Shown: positions 25,069-39,443, counted from the first letter of the stretch. The stretch: DNA of 64,000 bases from Eledone cirrhosa (GCA_964016885.1 OZ024746.1:80972001-81036000); one strand, 5' to 3'. Numbers and translations are program-made. The notes: generated from the letters alone by a model not told the origin.

Positions 25069-26394
25069 TATATATATATATATATAGGCTTCCCAACATT
25101 TTCCATCCACCAAATTTCATTCAAGACTTTTGTGAACCTGTGGCTATGGAAGATGCTTGCCCAACGGGCCACACAGTGGAACTAAACCTGATATCATGTG
25201 GTTGGGAAGCAGATTCCTTAAACATACAGCCATGTCTGCTTCCAATGTGAAAATATTTTTTATAGCTTCTCTAATGAACAGCTACTAGAAAATATAGAAA
25301 ATAAAGGTTGAAGCTTATTTCATGCTTTATTTCTACTGGAATGTCAATAGTCCCACCCCACATAACTGTTTCTAAAATTAGCATCTTTCTCCATATTATG
25401 TAGTGTCAGACAGTTGAACTGCATGCTCCAATTCCATAGCATCAGCATTTATTAATTTGTCTGCTGTGACCTTCCTTCACTACTAATAACATTTTAACAT
25501 CAATAAGGGAACTACCATGTGATTGCTTGCTTTGCTAGAAATAGCAGCCAAATAATTTTCAGACCACACCATAAATACACCTTAGATAAGATGTATCCAA
25601 GAACACTATACCTGAAAAGGTATAGTTTTGATTCATAGAACCAGAGCTAGTTTTGAGCAGATTGGTATCAAAATGGCTAAGTCGAGTATGGCAAGAGTTT
25701 ATTTTGTTGCAAGCTTTTAAGGTTTATTTCTGGTTTCACAATAAGTTTCTCCAGTTTTGGAGACCCTGAAAAAATATGTCAGAAGATTTGAATTTAAATT
25801 GGAACCCTTTAAAATAGGTGTATACATTTCATAGAGCCAGAGCCAGTTTAGGCTGGGTTGGTATCAAAAGGGTTAAGATGGCAGAGTAATGATTTAAAGG
25901 AGATTTAGCTGCTATTTCTAGCAGCTTGAACGACCATATAGAGGGTCCCTTGTTAGCACTAAGATGTTGAGGTTACAGGTTGTAGCAGTAGGAAACAATT
26001 TGAAATGCAACTAAAACAACAAAAAAGAATGAGAATAATAAAGTCGACAGTGACAGCAACAATAGTAAATGATAAGAACATCAATTTTTATAGATTACTA
26101 TTGATTATAGAAAATAACCTTTTCTATGTCTTCTTTAAATATTGGAAAACATGTTCTCATGAATATTTTAGTGATGACAAAGCTAGCACTGGAGAAATCA
26201 AACCCAGAAAATATTCTACAATAAAATATTTGAAATAAACCCTAATTAGGTGTCTAGACATTCTGAAATACTAAAACATATTTCTAAAGATCATTTCCCC
26301 TTTTATTTCCCCAGCTACACACACAGTCAAGTTTATATAATATTGGATATTTATCTATCAATCATGCATGCTTCTGTGTGTCTGTGAGTGAGTG

Positions 26395-27665
26395 AGGGCA
26401 CACACACATATACACACAAACAAGCAAACATATACATGTATAAATACACACACACATGCAGAAACAAGTATACATACACACAAATGCATATTTACATAGA
26501 CCCTCATATGCACATACATAGATAAATACATACATACATACATACATACATACATACATAAATACACACATATATACATACATAAATACACACATACATA
26601 TATACATACACACATATATACATACATAAATACACACATACATATATACATACACACATGCATACACAAACACAGACACTCACACACAGATTTATAATGT
26701 AACTAATGTTATTCAGTTATTTAACATCAGCCAGTTGCTCAGTGAACCAGTGAGCATTCCTTCAGAAAATACTAACACGAGAACAAGCCAGAATCAATGC
26801 AGGGCAGAGTGAATCTGTTGAATAGCATCATTGATGAAGGCAACATCAGGGATTAGCATGACTTGTAGATTATTATTTTATTAGAACCATATCTGCTTCT
26901 CCTTCAAGCAAAGGAGAGGAAACATTTCAATGTGCATAGCACAGCAGTAGGATAAAGAAATATTGGTAGAAGGGAAGAGAAAGCAGAAGAAACAGCCATA
27001 AAAAGATAGAATATTAGTATCACTTGATGCTCGGTAATAAGTCTGAGGTTCAGAACAAATCCTTACTTTCACTTTCCTTTTATCCCCACCATCTATTCAA
27101 CCAATCAGCAGCCAGCATCTCCATGCATAGGCTGTTGCTGGAATTGTGAGGGAGTGGAATGTATTTAGATAGTGTAGAAACCATTGTATGGAAAAATCAG
27201 GGAATGAGGTAGGAACAGAAAGGAATTTAGCTTGCGTGGAAGTGGGGGAGATAAAAGAGAAGGTTCAGGCAGCTCCGAACCTACTCTATTCTATACATGA
27301 ATGTATGCGTTTAAATGTGTGTATGTATGATATTAATGTGGCTGTTTCTATCTGTGCATGTGTTTGTGGGAGAGATAGAGAGAGAGAGGGATAGAGGGAG
27401 AGAGAGAGAGAGAGAGAGAGGTGTGTGAGGGAGATAGAGAGAGAGGGATGGAGGGAGAGAGAGAGAAAGGTGTGTGAGGGAGAGAGAGAGAGGTGTGAGG
27501 GAGATAGAGAGAGGGGGAGGGAGAGAGATAGAGAGAGGGAGGGAGGGAGAGAGAGAGAGAGGTGTGTGAGGGAGAGAGAGAGAGAGGGATGAAGGGAGAG
27601 AGAGAGAGAGGTGTGTGAGGGAGAGAGAGAGGTGTGAGGGAGATAGAGAGAGGGGCAGGGAGGGA
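26395..27665. repeat. (CA/TA)n block (26395-26690) and (GA)n-rich minisatellite (27370-27665)
   Basis: Low-complexity sequence. Confidence 0.8.
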
Positions 27666-29106
27666 GCGGGTGTATTTATGTGTGTCTGTGTGCAAATATA
27701 GATTTTCCAATGTCTGCATGTTTATGACACTATAGTTCCAGGAAGGGTAATGGCGTTACTGTTACACTAATTGCTGGTTTTCTGCTGCTGCTGCTGCTGT
27801 TGCTTCCTCATCCTTCTCTTCCTTTAAGACTTTCTACATTAGGGGTCCCTTCCCTACTTTCTGTCACTACAGCTTCACCATACACTTCCATATCTACTAC
27901 ACTCCTTTTCCATCAGTCTCTGCTCCTGCAAAACTCTGCCGGTATGCAGTGACATCACTAATCGAATGGAATCCCCTTCAAACTGCTATCAGGTGGGTGT
28001 CTGCTAATATTCTTGAATTCCAATGATATTTTTATAAAATATTTATAGTTAAACATCAAAATTATTTCAATATATATTTTTTTTTAAAGTTGCAAATATT
28101 TTTTTTTAAACACCTTCTTAGAATTTCAATAGGTTTTGTATGTAATTTTTACATGAGGAATATCCCCCACTGACATTCTTTTCTGTTTACTTGTTGTAAC
28201 TGAAATCAGGACAACCTTTCAACAGGCATACCACTGCATGCTTCCATTTCTCACTGCTTGGATTCTTCAACATGTGACTGTTAAGGAATTTCAAATCATC
28301 TTCTGCATCTTATTTTTTCTTGCAATGGTATATCATCTGTTTTATATTTTATTTCAATTTATTTAGGGTTTTTCTCACCTTTTCTTAATACATTATTTTG
28401 CCTTTCATCCTTACGGGGTCGATAAAATAAAGCACCAGTAATACACTAGGATAATTGCTGGCCTTGTGCCAAAAGTAGAAACAATTTTTTTATACTCTTT
28501 CAAGAGAAAATTTATTTTTATTTAATTAGCATTCTTAAAGGTCAACAATTCCCAATCTATTTGTATTAGATTCTCAAATATTACCTATTGATTTACAGGT
28601 GCCATTATCAACATAATTCAACATAATGTCTGACCCCTATTGAAATTCAATAACATTTTTTCAAGATTTTAATTACTTTATTTTTTTAAATTAAGTTTAT
28701 TCCATCACTATAATTTTTATCATTATTATTTTTAAATGTTTTTCAATTTGATATTTTCAAAACCAAATTTCAATCCAGGCCATTTTCATCATTTGTTATT
28801 TTTTTTATAATCATTTTCTCCAGACTGATATTTTTTTTATTTAAGATGACATTTCAGTAACTTCCCAAAAAAACTTTCTCTCTTCCTTTCGACAATATAT
28901 AACGCATCAGATACAAACAAAAAAATGTTTGTAACTTCTACATCTCTTATCGAAATATAGTTAGAAATAGATTGAAAAAATAGGAATTATTGAATAGAAA
29001 TTAATTCAATTCTTTCTTTTGAAAGATATGGATTATAAGGGTAAATATAGAACAACAAAATCTATGACATAGTTATATAACAACAGTTACAAGAAGTATA
29101 TATATA

Positions 29107-29285
29107 ATTATTTCTACTTTTGGCACAAGGCCAGCAATTATCCCAGTGCATTACTGGTACTTTATTTTATCGACCCCGTAAGGCAAAGTTAACCTCGGCG
29201 GGATTTGAACTCAGATCATAAAGAGAGGTAACTCTATACTTCAAAGCATGGCGCCCGACCCTCTACAGATAATGCCAATCCACCT
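29107..29285 (-). mobile_element. SINE family 1 (another partial copy at 28397-28485, +)
   Basis: Family 1 consensus with a small internal deletion. Confidence 0.85.
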
Positions 29286-29848
29286 GTGATGCATATATGA
29301 GTAGAGAACAACCACACCATACACACATGTGTGTATATATATATATGTGTGTGTGTGTGTGTAGGGGGTGGGGGTGTATTCACATGATATGTTGTCGGTG
29401 AATATTGAGTTATACTGGGCATGTATATCATCATCACCATTGTCGTTTTAATGCCTGCTTTCCCAGCTAGCATATATATATATATATGTGTGTGTGTGTA
29501 TGTGTACGTATATATACATGTATATGTGTGAGTGTGTGTGTGTGTGTGTATACATACATACACACACATACTTAGATAAATACATGTGATCTGCTACCGG
29601 TGAATATTAAGTTAGACTAGTTCTGGTTCTGGTGAAGTATAAGAATTATCACTTTGGCAACATGTGACTGCTTACAATAGCCAAGACATCTAATGGTAAC
29701 ATAGCACAGAGAAAAACAACAAAAATATATATAAAGAAAAATGATGGTGAAGTCAAACATTAAAACAGTCACCATGATATCGAATATTAAAATAGGCATG
29801 ACAAGTATTAAAATAGACATGCTGTGAAACATGAAAATAAAAAAGCTT

Positions 29849-30077
29849 TTAACCCTTTAGAATTTAAACCGGCTGTATCTAACCAGAATTCTCTCACCTT
29901 TTTCTGTTCAAACCAGCCATAATTGACCCCTCATACCAATGTTAAGGTATTGGTCTCAAAATAAATAATATCAAAATCTCCAAGGTTCGATACTATGTGA
30001 GATAATTATGTGAACTAAAGCCTTTTCTGTGAAAATACAATCGTAAATATAGAGTAATGTGAATGCTAAAGGGTTAA
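29849..30077 (+). mobile_element. piggyBac-like MITE family A with TTAA TSD
   Basis: TTAA-ccctttagaatt ... aatgctaaaggg-TTAA; ~220 bp. Confidence 0.82.
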
Positions 30078-31519
30078 AATAGTTATGATATCAAATATTA
30101 AAATAGACATGGCAAGTATTAAAATAGACATGCTGTCAAATATGAAAATAAAAAAGCTTTTAAATTCTAAAATAGTTACACCATCATGGTGCATATAATA
30201 ACTGTATCCAGGTATGAAAACATAGTATAAGATGAATTTATCAGCATTAATAGTGACAAAAAATGGTGTTAGTTCATTTGGTGCTAATGAAAGAACACTC
30301 TATAATATATATATACAATTTGATATTTTAAATTTTGGATCACACCAGGATTAGATTTCTTTTACATCTCCACTGGGGCTGATAATAAAATAAACATCAT
30401 AAAGAGTCTTTTGTCCACAGAAATGTCCATATTGCCTTTTTTTTAGTTTAATCAAAATATCATATTGATAGGATAGAGGGGGGGGGGGTCAAACTGATTA
30501 TGTACAAGCCTGTCCATAAATTTATAAAATGTAAAGAGCAAAAAGAAAATAGAAAAGTCCCCAGCTCTAATAGCTAGTAAAGTAAAAGAAATATTTATTT
30601 ATTTATTGAAAATGTTACTGAATAAACTATTTATAAATGCTTTGATTAACTATTCCTTACAATGATAGACTAGAATGAATCGAAATTTATTGAAATACAT
30701 TTTCCCATTCTATTCTGTTAGCAATTCTCTGCCTTTTCAAATTTGCCTCTTTTTTTGTTTTTGTTTTTCATATTTTTCTTGTTATTATTTTTAACGTTTC
30801 ACCCTTATTTCCATCCTCTTTATAAATAAACGATTCCTGTTCCTTTATAAAGGAAGTAAAAGAAAGAGGGGAGCAATAGCAGGTAAATTAAGATGTAGAA
30901 GAAAGGGATTCAGTAATAGAACAGCTTTTGGAAACTGGAGGAAGATTGGAACGCATGAGATATAAAGAAATAGATAGACACAGAACTGGGTGAGAAGAGT
31001 TAGGCAGAAAGAGAGATATAGACACACGATGGAGGGAGATGAATTATAAAGAAATGAGAAATATGCAGAACATAGTAAAAGCTAGATAAAAATAAGGTTG
31101 TATGGGCTGGAAATGAGAGAAGAATGAAGTGGCCAATAGCTTACTTATAAAGGATTGCAATGGTAAGGGAGAGGAAAATATATTTAAACACACACACACA
31201 TAAACACACATAAACACACACACATAAACACACACACACATAAACACACACACATATATATATATATATGAAGCATTCGAGACCCTGATGGCTGAGCTCC
31301 TATATATATATATAAAGTCCTTGTATTTTTGAGAATATTTTAAATACCCACAACTCCTGCTGTTAGTTGTAGCAGTTTCTCAACATCATCATCATCAACA
31401 TAAAGAATAAATAATAACCCACCACCACCACTGCTGCTGCTGCCACCACCATGCCCACTATACCACCACCATTAACCCCCCCCCCCCACCCCCCCTGCAC
31501 ACTCACCACCAGTAATGAC

Positions 31520-31860
31520 ATGCCTCATGTGTTTAGATCTGATAGACTGGCATACTTCATGTGTTTAGATATGGTTGGTTGACATACTTCATGTGTTTAC
31601 ATCTGATAAACAGGCATGCTTCCCATGTTTAGATTTGATAGAAATACATGTTCTATGTTTAGGTCTGATAGACTCACATGCTATATGTGTTTACATCTGA
31701 CTACTTCAATGTGTTTAAATCTGATAGACTGAACTACATCAATGCGTTTAGATCTGATAGAAATACATATCTCATGTTTAGATCTGATAGAAATACATGC
31801 TCCATGTGATTATGTCTAATAAACTGACATGCCATGTGTGATTGCATCTTCATGTGTTTA
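31520..31860. repeat. Degenerate ~32-bp tandem repeat
   Basis: Recurrent catgtgtttagatctgataga motif. Confidence 0.6.
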
Positions 31861-32014
31861 ACTCTCATAATTTCCAACCGGTATGCTTGTGTTATTAAGA
31901 ATGTCACTTTCCAATTACATGGTAAGTCAACCAAAACCTTGTAATTGAAATTTGGTAAACAGGAACTACAGAATCCCTTTGAAAAGGTCAATCCTGTTTT
32001 GGGATAGTATACAC

Positions 32015-32354
32015 CAGTACTTCTCAAACTATCTGATGTGGCAGACCAGCATTTTTTTTTTCAATGTGCCACGTACCGCTAATATTTCGTAGTAATATTA
32101 ATTTATACCGGAAACGATATATATAATGAATATAATAAAAGTTGACCATTTTTTTATCTTCTATTTATTTTGTAAACAAATAATACAATATCAAAACATA
32201 TAGAAAAAGTAATAAAAAAAATAACAAGCAGTTTATTAACACAAAAATAAAAATTATATAACCTTAATCTTTACTAGTGAGAAAGGCTGCGTACCGGTAG
32301 CTGATGGCTCGCCTACCATCACCGGTCCGCGGACCACCACTTTGAGTAGCATTG
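32015..32354. mobile_element. hAT-type MITE with 8-bp TSD
   Basis: TIRs cagtacttctcaaa / tttgagtagcattg; gtatacac duplicated at 32007-32014 and 32355-32362. Confidence 0.88.
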
Positions 32355-32496
32355 GTATACACAATCTGTGATTTGGTTTAACCATTTTTATACCAAGCCA
32401 CATGAAATTTCCCCATTTTAAAGTGTTTATATTTAAATCTAAGAATTCTATCATAATTTTGTGAAAGAACATTTTATCAAGTTGTGCTCTATTAAT

Positions 32497-33362
32497 GGGT
32501 TTCTACTTTTGGCACAAGGCCAGCAATATCCCCAGTGCATTACTAGTACTTTATTTTATCGACCCCGTAAGGATGAAAGGCAAAGTTAACCTTGGTGGGA
32601 TTTGAACTCATAACGTAAAGGGTCTTAACTCTATGCTGCAAAGCATGGTGTCTGACACTACCGATACTTCCAATCCACCACCCCATCTAAATAATTGTTT
32701 CTACTTTTGGCATAAGGCAGCAAATACCCAGTGCATTACTGGTACTTTATTTTATCGACCCCGTAAGGATGAAAGGCAAAGTTAACCTTGGCGGGATTTG
32801 AACTCAGTCTGTAAAGGGACATAACCAATACTGCCAATGAGAAAGTTTTATAACTAAATCCCTTCAGATTCCAGATTATTTTCAAAATTATTTGAAAATC
32901 ATAGGCAGTGTCTTTCATTAAAATTATGACAATGAAAGAATTTTAAAAAAAGAAAAGACATTGTAGATAATCTAATTATGGATATCATTTAAAAAAGATC
33001 GTCAACAGCTGGAATGGCTTTGTTTGTAGGTATGCTCGATTAAGGTTGACCTGGGGCTAAACAGCAACAGCTACTGCAATTTAATATAAATAGTATCATT
33101 GCCATACTATAAATACTATCATTGCCATACTATAAATACTATCATAACTATTATTGAACTTACTTCGGTTGCATAACTGTAATACACTATCATACTATCT
33201 AAATAACATTATTGAAACATAGAGTTACGGCCGTTTATGGTCTGAGTTCAAACCCCCGCCGAGGTTAACTTTGCCTTTCATCCTTATGGGGTCGATAAAA
33301 TAAAGTACCAGTAATACACTAGTTTAATTGCTGGCCTTGTGCCAAAAGTAGAAACAATTATT
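32497..33362. mobile_element. SINE family 1 copies: 32497-32683 (-), 32690-32838 (-), 33218-33362 (+)
   Basis: Family 1 consensus blocks. Confidence 0.82.
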
Positions 33363-33368
33363 GTTAAT

Positions 33369-33406
<38 letters not shown>

Positions 33407-33419
33407 GCTACCACCACTA

Positions 33420-33457
<38 letters not shown>

Positions 33458-33553
33458 ACAACTACTACTACTGTTGCTACCAAACATCCACAACCAGCAC
33501 CACCCTCAGCAACACCACCACTACTAGCATTACTCCTCCTCCTCCTCCTCCTC

Positions 33554-33599
<46 letters not shown>

Positions 33600-33639
33600 C
33601 AGAGCAACAACAACATCAATAACAACAAGCCAATAAAGG

Positions 33640-33825
33640 AATGTTTACATGGTCATTTGTCCTGCTAGAAATAGTAACCAGAGTCCCTCAAGCCACACCC
33701 TTGGGCAATTTAGTCATAGATATAGAAAAAAATATAGGATGTTCATGTCTGGAACACCTTTATGTATAGGTCTGTTCCCTCAGGGTTGACCTAGGGTTAA
33801 ACAACAACAACAACAACAGCAACAA
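33640..33825 (+). mobile_element. Unclassified retroposon-like repeat ending in (ACA)n; related pieces ~25510-25620, ~25895-25960 (-), ~32995-33070, ~47815-48000, ~48325-48395, ~62040-62200 (-)
   Basis: Recurring gctagaaatagc..ccaaa and ggctgacctggggctaaacaacaac motifs. Confidence 0.5.
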
Positions 33826-34058
33826 CTGTAACAATAAAAACACTTGTGACAGCAGTAGTAGTTATGTTGATGGATGCAATGATGGTAGTGGTAGTAGTAG
33901 TAATAGTAGTACAGGTCATAGCAACAGTAGTGGTAATAGTAATACAGGATATAGCAACAGTAGTAGTAATAGTAGTACAGGATATAGCAGCAGTAGTGGT
34001 AGTAGTTATTATACAATCATAGTGTCTGGTGTAGCCACTGTAGTAATAGTAGTAGTAT

Positions 34059-34109
<51 letters not shown>

Positions 34110-34119
34110 CAGCAACAAC

Positions 34120-34160
<41 letters not shown>

Positions 34161-34339
34161 AAACTACACTGTGATAGTGCTGGATATAGCTACAGTGGTA
34201 GAAGTAGAAGCAATAATTACAGTAGTAGTTCTAGTTGTAGTAGCAACAGTGGTAAATGTTGCATGAGTACTATAGTAGCAGTTGTATTGCTAACAGTAGT
34301 AGTAATAGTAGTGGTAGTAGTAGTAGTAGTAGTAGTAGT

Positions 34340-34401
<62 letters not shown>

Positions 34402-34408
34402 TAGTAGT

Positions 34409-34443
<35 letters not shown>

Positions 34444-34447
34444 TAGT

Positions 34448-34493
<46 letters not shown>

Positions 34494-34693
34494 AAAACAG
34501 CTGTAGTAGCAGTGAGTACAAGTGTTATGGTAGTGGTTTTAGTGGTGGTAATAGCAGCAGCAGTTCTAGTAGTAACTGTAGTTGCTATAGTATTGGATCT
34601 AGTAGCAATAGCAGTGATAATAGTAATCATTTATCGTATTGGTGAGAGTAGCAATAGCAGTGATAGTAAATGCAGTTGCTTATAGTATTGGCT

Positions 34694-34741
<48 letters not shown>

Positions 34742-35281
34742 ATAGTAGTAGTAGTAGCTGCAATAACAAGAAGAGCAACCACCACCACCATCACCAGCAC
34801 CACCACCACCATCACCACCACCATCACCACCACCACCACCACCACCACCATTAATACTATGATACCCACAACACCACTACCACCACCACCACCACCACCA
34901 CCACCACCATCACCACCACCATCACCAGCACCACCACCACCACCACCACCATCATTAATACTATGATACCCACAACACCACCACCACTACCACCACCACC
35001 ACCACCACCACCACCACCACCACCATCACCACCACCATCACCAGCACCACCACCACCATCATTAATACTATGATACCCACAACACCACCACCACTACCAC
35101 CACCACCACCACCACCACCACCACCACCACCACTACCACCACCACCACCACCACCACCACCACCATCATTAATACTATGATACCCACAACACCACCACCA
35201 CGACCACCACTACCATCCCAGCAACAATAATAATGTTTACTACTACTACTACTACTACTAGTACTGCTGCTGCTGCTGCTG

Positions 35282-35333
<52 letters not shown>

Positions 35334-35529
35334 AGCTACTACTATTACTACTATTACTACTACTAGTACTGCTACTACTACTACTACTACTATAGAATCT
35401 ATCTTATAGTAAGCCAAATTCCCCTCATGTTGGCTATTGTAGTCTGAAAATAACAGATGAGATGGTGAAAGCCGGAACGTCTTGTTCAATCAAGGCTGAC
35501 ATGGGGTGAAACAACAACAACAACAGTAG

Positions 35530-36305
35530 CAACAAGATGCAAGTGCAGAAATAGTGCAAATAACAACAACAGCAACAAGATGCAAGTGCAAAAATAGTGC
35601 AAACAACAACAATATGCATGGACAATAATAGTGCAAACAACAACAACATGCATGGACAATAATAATGCAAATAACAACAACATGCATGGACAGTAATAAT
35701 GCAAACAACAACATGCATGGACAATAATAGTGCAAATAACAACATGCATGGACAGTAATAGTGCAAACAACAACAACATGCATGGACAATAATAGTGCAA
35801 ACAACAACAACATGCATGGACAATAATAGTGCAAACAACAACAACATGCATGGACAGTAATAATGCAAACAACAACATGCATGGACAATAATAGTGCAAA
35901 TAACAACATGCATGGACAGTAATAGTGCAAACAACAACAACATGCATGGACAATAATAGTGCAAACAACAACAACATGCATGGACAATAATAGTGCAAAC
36001 AACAACAACATGCATGGACAGTAATAATGCAAACAACAACATGCATGGACAATAATAGTGCAAATAACAACATGCATGGACAGTAATAGTGCAAACAACA
36101 ACAACATGCATGGACAATAATAGTGTAAACAACAACAACATGCATGGACAATAATAGTGCAAACAACAACAACATGCATGGACAATAATAGTGCAAACAA
36201 CAACAACATGCATGGACAATAATAGTGCAAACAACAACAACAACGTGTATGTGCAGCAACAGTGCAAACAACAACAAGAAGATGCACAAGCAGCAACAGT
36301 GCAAA
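35530..36305. repeat. 31/34-bp minisatellite with a 164-bp higher-order repeat
   Basis: Unit caataatagtgcaaacaacaac(aac)atgcatgga; variant cagtaataat recurs at 35691, 35855 and 36019. Confidence 0.9.
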
Positions 36306-36899
36306 TAACAACAGCAACAATAATAGCAACAGCAGTAAAAACAATAGCAATAGTAGCAATGAGGACACATGCAACAGCAGTAGAAGATAAACACCAGTAG
36401 CAGCAATAATGTTAGCAGTAGCAGCAGTAGCAGCAGTAGCAGCAGCAGTAGCAGCAGCGGTAGCAGTAGCAGCAGCGGTAGTAGTAGCAGCAGCAGTGGT
36501 AGCAACAATAACATTAGCATCAGCAGCAGTAGCAGCAGCAATAATAACAGCAATAGTTCTAGTAGTAGTAGCAGTAGTAGTTGTAGTAGTAGTAGCATCA
36601 CTAGTAGTAGCAGCAGCATTAGCAGTAGTAGTAGTAGTAGTAGTAGTAGTAGCAGCAGCAGCAGCAGCAGTAGCAATAATAACAGCGGTAGTTGTAGAAG
36701 TAGTAGCAGTAGTTGTAGGTGTAGGTGTAGTAGTAATAGTAGTAGTAGTAGTAGTAGTGGTAGTAGCAGTGGCAGCAGCAACAGTAGTAGTAGTAGCAGC
36801 ATTAGCAATAGTAGTAGTAGTAGCAGTAGTAGCAGTAGTAGTAGTAGCAGCAGCACATGTGATAGGGGAGTGTGTTGATATTAAACACATGCACACACA

Positions 36900-37858
36900 T
36901 ACACACAACCATACACACACACACAACCATACACATGCACAATACGTACACACAACCATACACACACACACACATAACATATACAAACAACCATACACAT
37001 GCACAATACGTACACACAACCATACACACACACACACAACATATACAAACAACCATACACATGCACAATACGTACACACAACCATACACACACACACACA
37101 ACATATACAAACAACCATACACATGCACAATACGTACACACAACCATCCACACACACACACAACATATACAAACAACCATACACATGCACAAAACGTACA
37201 CACAACCATACACACACACACACAACATATACAAACAACCATACACATGCACAATGCGTACACACAACCATACACACACACACACAACATATACAAACAA
37301 CCATACACATGCACAATACATACACACACATAACTATCACACACAACCATACACACACATAACATATACACATAACTATCATACACAACATGCACACACA
37401 CAACACATACACATAACTATCATACACAACCATATATACACAAAACACATACACATAACTATCATACACAACCATACATACACAAAACACATACACATAA
37501 CTATCACACACAACCATATATACACAAAACACATACACATAACTATCATACACAACCATACATACACAAAACACATACACATAACTATCATACACAACCA
37601 TACATACACAAAACACATACACATAACTATCATACACAACCATACATACACAAAACACATAACTATCATACACAACCATACATACACAAAACACATACAC
37701 ATAACTATCATACACAACCATACATACACAAAACACATACACATAACTATCACACACAACCATACACACACATAACTATCACACACAACCATATATACAC
37801 AAAACACATACGCATAACTATCACACACAACCATACACACAACCATACACACACACAC
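36900..37858. repeat. Adjacent CA-rich minisatellites, ~62-bp (36900-37320) and 42-bp (37330-37858)
   Basis: Tandem units, both containing acacaaccata. Confidence 0.88.
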
Positions 37859-37968
37859 TACTTAGCTGGCTGTATCTCTTGGCCTATTTTTAATTTATTG
37901 ATGATCAATGATCGAGGGACAACCTGTCTTCCTTTCGAAATTTAGTCCCCCCAACAGTAACAATATCG

Positions 37969-38007
<39 letters not shown>

Positions 38008-38277
38008 TACATATACACATATATATATACATATATGTATATATACATTCATACGGTATGCTATACTTTCGGTTGTTCTCCTGTCTCACTCGCTTTACGC
38101 GTTTTAATTGTCCTAATAACTTATTTTGGTTATTATTGCAGCGAAGTGAGATATATGATTTTTAATGCAATGAAATATCTATGATCTTCGGCAAATCACT
38201 GATGAGGGACTTATTTTATTACATGTTATCCATGTGCTACCTGCAGTATTTTTCTATATATATATATATATATATAT

Positions 38278-38587
38278 CATCATCATCATCATCATCCTTT
38301 TACATCCGCTTTTCCCTGCTTGCAAGAGTGGGACGGCTTGATTTCTACAGCCGGATTCCCTTCCTAACACCAACCTCATTTACAGTGAGTGCTGGGTGCT
38401 TTTTTGCCGTGGCACCTCCACAACAACTTTGCAGTGGGATGATATAGACCCCAGTCCCTACCATCTCATTTCTACAGCTGAGTAAACTGGAGCAACGTGA
38501 AATAAAGTGTCTTGTTCAAGGAAACAACACATCACCTGGTCTGAGAATTGAACTCACAACCTTTCGATTGCAAGCCATGTGCCTCCA
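38278..38587 (-). mobile_element. CORE-type SINE family 2 with an RTE-derived 3' tail and (TGA)n end
   Basis: tRNA-like head (B box gagttcaattc) and core at ~38470-38587; 38278-38440 is near-identical to parts of the RTE 3' UTR at 360-630. Confidence 0.8.
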
Positions 38588-38883
38588 TGTGACTGGGGAT
38601 TCTTTTCTTTGTTTTTGTGCCTCTCCTTTGTTCTGTCCTACGCCATCTTTGTGTGACGAAAGAACTTTGACAATATATGAACAATCGTCTGGTTGTGGAA
38701 CCAACCAACCAACGAACGGGAAATTTATAAATTCCTAAATTTATAAATTTAATTTATAATAAATTGAAGTAAAAGCAACTGGTGCGTGTGTTTATTATTG
38801 GCAACATGACCCTCCCAAAGTATAACAATATCGGTTTCAACACACGTTTTCAGATAAAGAATCTTGCTAAACAAATTCAGAAA

Positions 38884-38931
<48 letters not shown>

Positions 38932-38940
<9 letters not shown>

Positions 38941-39443
38941 CAATGAAATTAAACAAAAAACGGTTAATTCATAGTAAAACTCATTATTTTACGATCGTTT
39001 CTGGGAGGTAGTTCCCCGTATGTCCATTCCATTATTGATCTATATAAAATATATTACAAAATATCATAGTAAAAAGATATATACATGTCTTCACTATCCG
39101 CCGTCTTCAGAAATAATCATTATTTCTGAAGACGGCGGATAGTGAAGACGTATGTATATTTTCTTACTATGATATTTTGTAATATATTTTACATAGATCA
39201 ATAATAGAATGGACATAGAGGGAACTACCCCCCAGAAACGATCGTAAAATAATGAGTTTTACTATGAATTAACCGTTTTTTGTTTAATTTCATTGTTTTA
39301 ATATTTCTATTTTTGACTCTGTATCCAATGAATTATATAGTTGAAAATTTTGTATTTTTAACTTTGCTTCACGACATCTCCTACATACGGATTACATTGA
39401 GTTCTTCATACGGTTTAGACCCTATCATTGATTGGTAGATTTA

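Larger units (their letters stand above)
33368..36856. repeat. Mosaic trinucleotide microsatellite field (TAC/TAG/CAG/CAC) enclosing a minisatellite
   Basis: Long alternating runs on both strands; source of the poly-S/T/V/L track ORFs. Confidence 0.9.

Noticed and set aside
33284-37858. ORFs up to 759 aa rich in Cys, His, Thr, Leu or Val
   Set aside because: Open in several frames on both strands because they are tri-nucleotide and minisatellite arrays; no domain content.
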